Source of the DNA: Vitrella brassicaformis CCMP3155
Lineage: Eukaryota; Protista; Chromerida
DNA length: 64,000 bases
NCBI GenBank assembly: GCA_001179505.1
Contig: CDMY01000366.1
Coordinates: 124,001 to 188,000 of the forward strand
Direction: 5' to 3'
A program made the translations under genes and the position numbers. Each line of letters starts with the position of its first letter. The stretch's first letter is position 1. The notes under the pieces were generated by a model. The model was not told where the DNA came from. It saw only the letters and a list, made by a program, of their open reading frames with translations, and did no database searches. Positions 25,491 to 36,565 of this stretch are shown here, in pieces.

Positions 25491-28400
25491 ATGAATGAGT
25501 ATTACTACATGTACACGAAGCTCCGCAAGGAGTTCGGGCGGCACTGCTATTTTGAGGACAGCGACCCCAAGATGCTCGGCGTGGTCGATGCACAGCCCGG
25601 CCTCAGAGACGGGTTCGTGCCGCAGAACCCACGACACTTCGTCGCCGACAACATACCACAATTCTCGGGTACGCAGGATTGCATAGCCTGGCCCCGCAGC
25701 TGGGGCATGCACTCATCTGCTTGTCTCTGTCTGCCCGTCTGTCCATCTTTCGTCCGCAGAGCATGCCGTCAACACGGAGCGAGTGAGCGTTGCAAGCAAG
25801 GGCATGAAACACGTCGAGGGGGGCTGGCCGAAGGAGGTGGATGCCACGGAGCACCAGGAGACGTCCAAGTGGCGCAAGCGGCTGGACAAGGACCCCGGAT
25901 TCGCCACGGCCGTCAAGCATTTGTGTGCAGACGCCACCAAGTACCTCGAGCAGAACAACACCATCGACATTTTTGAGGAGTACTTTGAGGGCGAGACGGT
26001 GCAGCACAGCACCGAGAACCTCTCCACCAAGACACTCATGCTCTTCAAGTCAGCCAGCTAGCCACCCTTACACATCTATGCACCTCTTGGATCGTGTCTC
26101 TCGTCCGTCCGTCCGTCCGTCCGCCCGTCCATCTGTCTGTCTGTCTGTCTCTGTGTGTCTCGTTTGTGAAGGGATGAGGTAGAGGGTGTTCGTCGCACAG
26201 CGACCAAGATCTGCTGGCACCCCGAGGGCCCGTCCAAGCTGGCGGCAGCCTACTCGATCATGCGGTTCCAGAAGATCCCCGACCCGATGCCCTCCATGGC
26301 CTTCGTGTGGGACACGTCCAACCCCAACCTGCCGATCGCCGAGCTGGCATCCCCATCGCCCGTCGTGACGCTCCAGTACAACCAGAAGAACACCGATGTC
26401 ATCGTTGGCGGATGCTACAACGGGCTCATCCGTAAGAAAGGAAGAAACAGAAAGACAGACAGCCGGCATCTGTCTGCGCTATTGATGTGCGCGGATTGAC
26501 AGAGTTGTGGGATGTGCGCAAGGGTTCTCAGCCGGTGGAGTCTTCGGCCATCGAGACATCGCATTACGACCCCGTATACGAGATATGCTGGTCGGTCGGT
26601 CACCTCACCTCGATAGGAATGCACATCACATCCATTCCATGCAGCACAGACAGACGCACATGTCACATGCATGCATGTGTCTCCATCCATCCATCCATCC
26701 ATCTTCCCATCCATGTATTGATTTGATTGTCAGGCTGCAGAGCAAGACCAACAGCGAGTGTGTCTCCGTCAGCACCGATGGCAGGTCGGTTTAGTCACTG
26801 AGTTTTCAATATATGTTTCACTCGCTTCCATGCAAATATATGTCGCAATCATGTATGTTTTTCTGATCCATCGTGTCAATGGCCGGCCACCAGAGTGTTG
26901 TGGTGGGATGTCCGCAACATGGCTGAGCCCATCGACACGTGTGAACTCACCGACGCAAACAAGTAAGAAAGGAAGAAAGGAGGAAACAAAGAAAGTCACC
27001 ACACACAGGCAGTAAGCTCCACCATGCACAAACAACAAAGTTCGTTCTCCGGGTGAACTCAGGGATGATCCCAAGTTGCTGGGCGGTGTCTCACTCGAAT
27101 GGGCGCTGGAGGCAGGGGTACGTACGCTTGAGACAGAAACTGGATGGGGCCGTCGTGTGATCGATCCCCGGGTTATCGAAACGTATGTGCCTGCCTTTGT
27201 TCCCTTTTGTTCTTCCAGCCCGGCAAGTTTCTGATAGGCACTGAGCAGGGAGTGGTCCTCTCGCTGAACAAGAAACCCAAGAAGGGTACAAACAATACGA
27301 AAGCGATAGACGCATTTGTGTTCTCGACGTGTCGTGTCGAGTATAACGTTTCTGTGGATATGTGTGTATGGTGGTCAGCTGTTGAGATCCAGACCCGTTT
27401 CGGGATGGAGAGCGGCAGACACTACGGCCCCATCTACGCCGTCAAGGTATCCATCCATTCGCTTCGCGCAGACAGACAGATATCTTCCTTGCCTTGCCTT
27501 GCATGTCTTGATGCCGACCTCTCTGTGTGCGCATGGCATCAATGACAGCGCAACCCGGCGCAGCCCAAGTTCTTCCTCACTGTTGGCGATTGGTGCACAA
27601 AGGTAAGTCAGGTGCCTCAACACACACACGTCCACGTGCACACACACGGGGCACAGAAAGGGTGTGTGTGGGGCGCCAGATATGGAATGAGGACCAGAAG
27701 ACCCCAATCATGTCGACACAATACCACTCCTCCTCACTGATGACCGGTCAGCCAGCCAGCCAGACAGAGAGAGAGAGACAGGATGACTCTTCCAGCCATC
27801 CAACTGCGCCTTGTCATTCCTCTCTGCAGGCCAGTGGAGCCCCACACGTCCCGGGGTCTTCCTGGTAAGGACAGGATTAATGACTTTAACACAGTTCGGC
27901 CTTTGCTGCACATGTGGGTGGGTCTTTTGCTGGCCTGGCCCCTTGCCGGCGTAATCAGGTTGGTCGTCAGGACGGTTATTTGGACTTCTGGGACTTCTTC
28001 TACAGACAAAACGAAATCGCATTCCAACACAAGGTGTGCACACATGCGCGCAGCAACGTGCAATGCTAGCCCCCTGTTGGATGGTATCAGGTTGGTGAGG
28101 CGGCTTTGTGGTCGATTGCCATCCAGAACCAAGGGCAGCTGGTGGCCGTGGGCGACACCGACGGTGCGGTGACGCTGCTGGAGCTGTGCGAGCCCCTCGT
28201 CGTGCCAACATCCGCTGAGAAGACCGTCATACAACAGGCAAGCCGAGAGACATCGAACAATCGTGCGCTTGACTTAACATCTGTCTGTTGTCCGCATGTA
28301 TGTATTTGTGCACATATATATCATACTGCAGATGTTTGACCGTGAGTCGAGAAGGGAGAAGAACCTCGAGACAGCAAAGAAACAGGCCGAGGGTCAGCTA

Positions 28401-28905
28401 CCAGAACACAACTGATCACATCACACCACACACGACAGCATACTCGCAGAAGAAAGAATGATATACACTTTCACACCCCAGGCAAGAAGGCCCAGCGAGA
28501 GGGCAGCCCCTCGCCAAGCGGCCCACCGCCACGCAAAGCTGAGGTCTGTGGTCCCACACACAGCCAGCAAGACAAGCCGCGCGATATCCCCGGCTCGTGT
28601 GTCTCTCTTGTGTGTCTCAGGAGGCAGCTCAGTTTGAAGAAAAGTTCTTCACCGAAGTCGGCATCTCGCCAGCGGCTGGCGGTGGTGCTGGTGCTGCGGC
28701 ACCCGTCATGACGAACGGGGAGCCCTCACACGAGCAGGAGAACGGCGTCCCGGATGCAGCAGAAGCCGTGGTCAACGGGGTGCCAACTGAGAACAGAGTG
28801 CCGGAGGCCGAGAATGGTGTGGCAGAGAATGGGCCGGTGGCGGACGGAGAGCCTGCTGTGGATGGGGAGGGGGAAGGGGAGGCCAGACGGCCCAGCAATA
28901 ACTAA
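25491..28905 (+). CDS. DNAI2: Axonemal outer-arm dynein intermediate chain 2 (IC2/ODA6), WD40
   Basis: MNEYYYMYTKLRKEFGR, HVEGGWPKEVD, QNNTIDIFEEYF, ICWHPEG, VWDTSNPN, GGCYNGL, SHYDPVY, FLIGTEQG and HYGPIY, followed by an acidic tail. Confidence 0.95.
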
Positions 28906-29457
28906 TGATCATTGATCGATGGAACGGGTACGTACATGTGTTCGTGTGTATGCCGGTGTGTTCGTATGTATGCGGTGCGTGCGTGGGTGATGGATTCACT
29001 TCACCCTCCCTGCCCTGCCCTGCCCTGCATGTACGTACGGCGGATCGATCGGCTCGTGTCTGTTTCGTTTCAAGTCACTCACTAATAATCCATAGATATG
29101 TGTCTCACAGTGTGGATCGGATCCCAAGACAGACAGACAAGACCCACCCACTGTCAACACCCCAGCACCGTACCATACGGACATAAAAGATACCGACAAG
29201 GACAGGCGGTCCCGAGTGCAGCGAGGGAGGCATGGCATACACACAGAGACATTTCTATACACACACACACACATGGATGCACGCACAGATCAAGAGATTT
29301 CCACTACCAAACACTTGTGAGTCCAGTCAATGGCAAGGCACACATATACACGAATTAGGTTTAGATACATACATGTATACACACACACATACATGCACAC
29401 GCATGCAGCGCACACCCATAGAAAACCCGAACGTCTCCCTTCCCTCATGCGGCCAAT

Positions 29458-32400
29458 CTATCGACCATTCGTGCCAGTCGTCTTGGTCTCCTCAATTGCC
29501 GACAGCAGCTGCTGCGTCAGGTCCACCTGCTCCTGCGCATTGTTCCTGGAAGCCGTCTCTGTCGACGTCTCGTTGTCTGGAACGAAGAAGTATGTGACGT
29601 TGCCGATGTTGTAGACAAATGTGCCGTTGGTTTCGAAAAGCTGGCCCTCCAGCGCCTCGTACTCGGGCAGCGACACGAGTGCGGCCCGGCCGGCCGTCGT
29701 GTTGACCCCCAACCCCACCGGCGGCAGGGGCGAGCCCGTGTAGGCCTCGGGCACATAGGGCGCCTCGTCGGGCGGCAGAAAGGCCAATGTCATGTTCTCA
29801 TCGTAGGCCGGCGGCAGACGCGACACGGGGGGCGGTGGGGGGAGGGTGTGAGTGGCGTTGTTGTCCTGCAGCTGTCTGTAGCCGTATGTGTGAGGGTTGT
29901 AAGCGCCATACGCTGCGGAGTAATCGAAGTAGGCCGCTCCACCTGAACAAGAGAGACAGGCAGACAGGAAGACACGGTGCACTGGGGCAATCCATCCATC
30001 CATCCATCCATTTGTGTGTTTGCGTAGGTGGGTACAGTACATGTGTATGCGCCGTCAATGCAGACGCCCGAGCAGCAGTCGGAGTTGTAGTAGCAGTAGG
30101 TGCCGCCAGTGACGCACGCGTTGGCGTAGTAGTCTCGGAGATGGTAATACGGATAATGATAGTAGGCCAGGTAGGGATACCTACACACACATAATGTACC
30201 CCATACATACCAACAGCACAACCCACCTTCAACACACACACCGACGCAGGCGAGACAGACAGACACCACACTCCCGACCCGACCCGACTCACCACCAGCC
30301 GCCCACAGAGACGCTGACGGACCAGCCAACAGCCACCCGCACAGGTACAGCGACAGGGTACCGGAACGCAGATCCGTAGACGAACTTCGGGTAGCCTACA
30401 AATGGCGGGCGGACCACGGGAGCAATATATGGCGTGCGGTACAGTGGAGGCACGAAGGGTGCCCTCCTCGGGAAGTAGCGGACGGCGGGGCGGGCGTTCC
30501 ACAGCGGGTCTCGGCCGATCCCGATGTTGATGCTGATGCCCACCTGGATGGGACGTTCCCGCTGACGTAAGGCCTCGTCAGCTGCACACGTGCACACACC
30601 ACACCACACCACACCACGCCACACAAGTGCACACAGACATGTCTTATATGATTCGCCTTGTCGTCTTGTCCGTACGGAATATGTCGTCCTTCCATCCACC
30701 CGGAGGCCCTCCAGGCCTTCGCAGTCCGCCGCCTCTTGGGAGGCTGATCCCAATGTCTCGCACTGTGTCTAGCGGCCACTTGTTGTCGTTGTCCGGCAGC
30801 CATCGAGGGCGGTCGAATGGCCGCCCGTCGTCATCGTCGCCGATCAGCCAGCCGGGGAGGCCACCCCCCGGTCTGTCACCGTCATTGTCCTCGTCTCCCA
30901 CTCCAGGCAGAACGTCGGGAAGGTCATCGCTGGTGCACGGAGAGAGATCTTGTCTTCGTGTGTGGCGGCTGTCTTCACCTTGTCCTCCTCTTACCCAGGT
31001 CTTTCGTCGCCATCCTGGTCTCCGGGAAGCCGAGGAACTATCGGCTCCTGGTCATCGTCAGGCCTGGTCGCGACACACGTCTATGTGGGCATGTCCGAAC
31101 GGCGTCCGTCACTCAATCGTGAACTCACCGTGGGATAATTGGTGTGTCGTCGTCGCCAGGCTGTTGAGGATTTATCGGCTGCAGACCTTCGTCATCTTCA
31201 TCGTCCCCTGCTCCAGGGAGAATGCCGGGATTCTCGTCGCTGCGGACACAGAGCATCATCCGAGCAGCCTGTGGCCGCCCGACCTTGCCATTTGCTTACC
31301 CTGGTTGTTCGTCAACATCGTCATCGTCCCGAGGTGTGATGTCAGGTCGAGGCAGGATCGGTCGGCGGTCCTCGTCTTCATCGTCACCAGGCGTGAGAGC
31401 AGGGCTGTCGCTGGAGGGCACAACATGCACACTTGGGGACCACCAGCAAAGAAGTGCAAAGCACTCACCCGGGATTCTCATTGGGGTCGTCATCGCCCGG
31501 TGTCAGTCCCGGAAAGGGAAAAATCGGCCGACGATTCCTCTCGTCGCCGTCTTCATCGCCTGGGCCATCGACAGGCGGGCCATTTCCCCCGGGCGGGAGC
31601 CTGCACACAGCAGCAAGGACACACCATTGCGTGTGCTCGCTACTGCGCGGTGTCTAGCAAGATCACCTGGGTCTGTCGCTGGCGTCGTCATCGCCAGGAG
31701 TGACGACTGGCTGGTCTGGGAGGATCTGACGATCGTCGTCGCTCGGACTGCTGCTGCATCGACGGCGAGTGGAGACAGCAGTGGCGCTAACGCACGTGCA
31801 TCTATCGTCCCTTACGGTGGCGCGCCGGGCAAGATGGGCTGCTGACTGTCATCGCCAACCGGGCGAGAGATCGGGCTACTACGTTCATACGAACGTTCAC
31901 ACACCACACCCACACAGATGCTCATGTGTCTTTGTCTTGGCACGTTCCTGCTGTGTGTTTGTGTGGGCAGGGCACCTGGGGGGGCTCCTTGGAAATCCCG
32001 GAATGCCAATTACGCGAGGGGGGTCATCCCGTGGGGGTGCGACAGGGCTGATGGGTCGGTCAGGGAGGGTGGGGCTGCATAGCGTAGCATAGCAATGGCG
32101 CCAAGTCAAACAGCGTGTGTTCCAATTCAAGGGCACTCCCTCCCACAGTCACCCAGCAGCAAACCATCTAGCTCAGCTCACCGGTCATCGCCCTCATCAC
32201 CTCCACCGAATCCAGGGAACCTCGGCCTCCCGCTGCCGCCGCCTGAAAAGCATCGGGGACAAAGCAACCCATATACACCTGATATATATACATCTGCACC
32301 GGCTGGCAATGACCTGGAAAAGTTGGCCGTCTTCCTCCGTTGCCAGGTCTGGGAAAACCCCCATCCCTGCCACCGAACTGGCCCACAGCGGCTGCAGACG

Positions 32401-32527
32401 CACAAACAAACCAGACACACAGACAAGCAGATAAAAGCGCTGCAGGACAAGAAGGGGCTGCTTTGTTACCCAACAGGAGATTGGCCGCCACGACAACGAC
32501 AACGAGATGATGTCTCAGGCGCCTCAT
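29458..32527 (-). CDS. Secreted modular protein A: acidic Asp/Pro/Gly repeats, Tyr-rich segment, knottin-like 6-Cys motif, shared C-terminal domain
   Basis: Signal MRRLRHHLVVVVVAANLLLA. About 13 exons that splice in frame. Repeats include TPGDDDASDRP and PGDDEDEDRRP, followed by YPYLAYYHYPYYHLRDYY, CVTGGTYCYYNSDCCSGVCIDGAYTC and LAFLPPDEAPYVPEAYTGSP... Confidence 0.75.
29566..29844 (-). repeat. 279-bp inverted duplicate of 35138-35416
   Basis: Manual alignment with the reverse complement shows about 7 mismatches and no gaps. Confidence 0.92.
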
Positions 32528-32879
32528 TTTTCGCGTGTCAGCCTGGCTGCGAGCGGACACACAACGGCTGGCCGGCTGGCGTTGGTCGAAGCGCCAAAGT
32601 GAGGTTCAGATTTTTATCGGCGCTCTGTTTCAAGTTGCCCCCTCATTCTGGGAATCTCAGACGAAAGGAAGGGAAACACACCGTAGGTGCCCAAGCACGT
32701 TGTCCCGTTGTACCACAATTTCTAACGGAACCGAAATTGTGGTACAACGTCCTTCTTTTCTCGTCTTCCTTTTCTTCTTTCCTCCTTTCCTTTCCTTTCC
32801 CCTCCACGTACAAGCAGACACAGAGGGCATCCAACCCCGACCACAGAGATTGTAATTATAATTGTACACTAGAGCCGCG

Positions 32880-35800
32880 ATGAGGCACCTACTCAAACTC
32901 GTCCTCTTCGTAATCACTTGTGTCTTCATCGGTGAGAGTGACAACCTCTCACTGTCTCATCCCCGTGTTTGGCATTGTCAGGTTGCGTCTCCGGAGATCC
33001 TGGTGGTGGCGGTGGCAGCAGAGGTGGCGGGAATGGGGGCGGCTCTCGCGGCGGCGGTCGTGGTAGTGGCAGCAGAGGTGGCGGGAATCGGGGCGGCTCT
33101 CGCGGCGGCGGTCGTGCTAGTGGCAGCAGAGGTGGCGGCTCTCGCGGCGGCGGTCGTGCCGGTGGATCCAGGGGGGGTGGATCTAGAGCAAGGGCATCAA
33201 GCTCCAGAGGGGGCGGCTCCAGAGGAAGGTAAACAAGCAACGAGCCACGTACTTGACTGGACGCCAGCCGTCAGCTGATGCTCGCCTTCAGGTCTGGCGG
33301 TTCGCGTGGAGGTGGGTCAAGGTCAGGCACTTTCGGGGGCGGCAGAAGAGGCAGGACCGCTGTGGGAAGGTAAGACCACACACACGCTCACTGGCTGGCT
33401 CGTCACAGTGGACACCGACAACGTCTCTCTCTTTCTGGTTGTCACCCAATTCTAGTCTCAGCCGCAGTAGGGGGTTCTCTGGTTTCAGCAGGGCAGGATT
33501 CGGTGGGCGACCTGGACGGGGCTCAGGGATGCGCAGCGGCACTGCGTTCGGGAGAGCTGCAGCCAGCAGATCTGCCTTTAGAGGGTAAGCAACAAAGAGA
33601 CCTACACCCACTGGCAGATGCGTGTCACTGTGGCTTCCTTTCACTAGCAGCAGCATGGGTGCCATTCGCAGCAGGGCAGCGGCAACTTCTGCTGGTGGTT
33701 CAAGAGCGGGCGGCAGGCGAGGCTCCATCGGCGGCAACAGGTGAGAGAGAGGCAGACACACGCCACGAACAAACTGCTGGTTTCTACGTCTGTATACGGG
33801 TGCTTTTGACGCGTCTCATCAAGGCGACCTAGCTTGGCTAGCATCGTGGCCAGCGCCGCTCGGGCTTCGTCTGCATCAAGGGCGCCACCCGGTCGGTCGT
33901 CGTTGAGCACCCTCAGCAGCAGCCGTGCCGGAGGGAGCCGCACCTCTCCCTCTGCCAGAGCAGGCGGGGCGCGAGGCGCACGAATGGGGGTCATCGGCTC
34001 CTTAGCGAGAGCTATCGGGTCCCCCCGCACGCCAAGGTGATACGATCGGTACACGCACACAGCCACACGCGAGTCTAATCTCACACCTCCCTGGCATGTC
34101 GTCTTTTCTTCAGAGGCGCCCCTGGGCTATCCGCTCATCCGGACCGTCCTCATTCCCTCCCGGCTGGTGGCAACAGACGGGACATCCCCACTTCGCTGAA
34201 TCGGGGCGGCGGCTCCAGAAAGCGTGGTGGCTCACCCAAAGGCATCAAAGACAGCGTCCTCTCATCAAGCGTCCGCGAGCGGCCGACGCGCCTGGGCCCC
34301 AGGAAGAACATCGGCATCCCGCGAGATCCCCTGGCCAACCGGCGTAGAGAGGTCCGTCACTTCCCTCGACGGCCGCCTGTCATCCCAGACAAGTTCAGGA
34401 CACCAGTCAAGGGCCGCAGACCAGAGAGGCCAGACGCCCCAGCCGCGCCCGTCTTCAACGGCCCGCCCCAGTTCATCAGTGGCCCTGCGATTCGGCAGCC
34501 TGTGCCGACGCCAGTGCGTGCACCGCCCGTCGGAGGGGATGTCGATCCTGAGAAGGATGGGTCGTTTTTGAATGGCGATGACGACGATTCGCGGCGCACA
34601 GGCATCGGCAGAGGGCCGCGGAACGGCTTGGGGTTTTTCGGATTTTTCGGAGGCCGCTATGGCCGCTATGGCTATGGCGGCGGATGGTGGTAAGCGGGAA
34701 AATATAAGGGAAGACCGACCATGGGACTTGATGTCCATGTGCGTGTGTGCAGGTATCCGTATATGCCCTACTACTGGTCAGGGAAGAGGGGAAAACCACG
34801 GCTCGTGCGGCGCGTTGTGGACGTCATTGAGTGTTTTGAATGCAGGTACCCTCGTTACCGGCTGGGCGGCTACCATCACAACCAGTGCGTCGCGGGCGGC
34901 ATGTCGTGCCACTACAACTCAGACTGCTGCTCGAATGTATGCGCCGAAGAGACATTTACGTGTAAGCACACAGCCACGCTGAAAGCCAACACATCTTCGC
35001 GCCAATTCGTGTGTGTCTTGTGTGCCTCGTGTGGCTGCACTCCAACAGGTGGCGCTGCATTTCTGGACTATAACGGGACCGATGCCTACTTTGATGAGCA
35101 TGACCCATCCGCATACAGGAGACTCCAGGCGAGCAAGCTCCCCCCACCGCCCCCCGTGTCGCGTCTGCCGCCGGCCTTCGATGAGAACACGACATTGGCC
35201 TTTCTGCCGCCCGACGAGGCGCCCTATGTGCCCGAGGCCTACACGGGCTCGCCCCTGCCGCCGGTGGGGTTAGGGGTCAACACGACAGCCGGCCGGGCCG
35301 CACTCGTGTCGCTGCCCGAGTACGAGGCGCTGGAGGGCCAGCTGTTCGAAACCAATGGCACATTTGTCTACAAAATCGGCAACGTCACATACTTCTTCGT
35401 TCCAGACAACGAGACGGATACCACACCGACATTCGCTGTCGAGCATGAGAAGCGCCGCCGGCTCGATGGCCGCAATGCCGATGACGACGACCAGGCCGAC
35501 ACGTCATGCGACATATCTGTCGGCGGCTGCCATCCTGCCTCCCCTCCGCCCTCATTCCTCTCTCGGACAGCCAAGCCCCGCCTGCAGGTGGAGGTCATTC
35601 CAGTAGAGGGCCGCATGTGGGCAGGCTGGTCGATCGTGACAAAGACCGGCAGCCGCAGTCCGTCCACCGACCACATCGAGCACTTCCGTCTCTACTGCGG
35701 CCCTGAACGAGACGTCAAGCGGAGCAAGCGCAACCTGATGGCGGTGGTACCCAACAGGCAGACGGGCAGGGCGAGGCGGGCGGGGGGGCGTCCCGGATGG

Positions 35801-35962
35801 TGGGAGACGGACATCCACGTGGACAAGGACGTGCATGCGGACATCAAGTACTGTGTGGTGACACCGGTGCGGCGGGGCAGGGGAGGGCGGCTCAAGGCTC
35901 TGCCGCAGTCAGCGACGAAGAAGGCGGTATGGGACCATACGCCCCTCTACTCGCCGAACTGA
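32880..35962 (+). CDS. Secreted modular protein B (paralogue of A): basic Gly/Ser/Arg repeats, Tyr-rich segment, knottin-like motif, shared domain and an extra C-terminal beta-rich domain
   Basis: Signal MRHLLKLVLFVITCVFIG, then GSRGGG repeats, GIPRDPLANRRREVRHFPRRPP, GGWWYPYMPYYWYPRY, CVAGGMSCHYNSDCCSNVCAEETFTC and LAFLPPDEAPYVPEAYTGSP... Stop at 35960-35962. Confidence 0.75.
33010..33230 (+). repeat. Coding tandem repeat (unit about 54 bp) encoding GSRGGG/RGG repeats
   Basis: tggcagcagaggtggcgggaat(g/c)ggggcggctctcgcggcggcggtcgtg occurs twice, followed by degenerate copies. Confidence 0.85.
35138..35416 (+). repeat. 279-bp inverted duplicate of 29566-29844
   Basis: About 97% identical by manual count to the reverse complement of 29566-29844. 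Confidence 0.92.
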
Positions 35963-36565
35963 GGGGGGTCAGGGAGTGAGACACATCAAGACACATGCGA
36001 CTGACATGGAAGTCTTTTTCTCTCATACGCGTACCGCACCGGGAGAGAGTGATGGGGTTTCGTGTCTCCATGATTGTGTGTCACGTGTGTAGCTGGCTGT
36101 GTTGATACTTTGTGTACATATTGTGCGTGTGGATAGAAAAATCGATCATGTCATGGTCGTACGTACATCATGATGTCGATATTGTCCCCGGCAGAAGAGA
36201 GCTGAGGTTGTTGTGGGAAGACAGGACTTTTTAGTAGGGGAGCTGGCGAGACAAGACGTATGACGGGCGCGGCACGGTGGCTTGTTGTGGATAGTGGTGA
36301 CTGTGCAGCTGATAGTGCATGCAGGGAAATCTTTCCGGCACATCGGCACTCTTCAACACTCATTGATGCATCTGAATGGTCCACGGGTTGCAAACGGAGA
36401 GAGACATACGTTCGCATTCAAGAAATACCACCGAACATGTGTCCAATGGAATGGATTCGTTCACCCATCCATCCGTCCATCCGTCCGTCCGTCTGGTGAA
36501 AATGTGTTTGATGGCGCAAAGTCCCAGCCAATTCACACAAAGTACGACAAGGTTATTCGCCACGA

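Noticed and set aside
32969-33232. RGG-box RNA-binding protein interpretation of the GSRGGG repeats
   Set aside because: The repeats directly follow a signal-peptide exon in a secreted-type protein, so a cytosolic RNA-binding role is unlikely.
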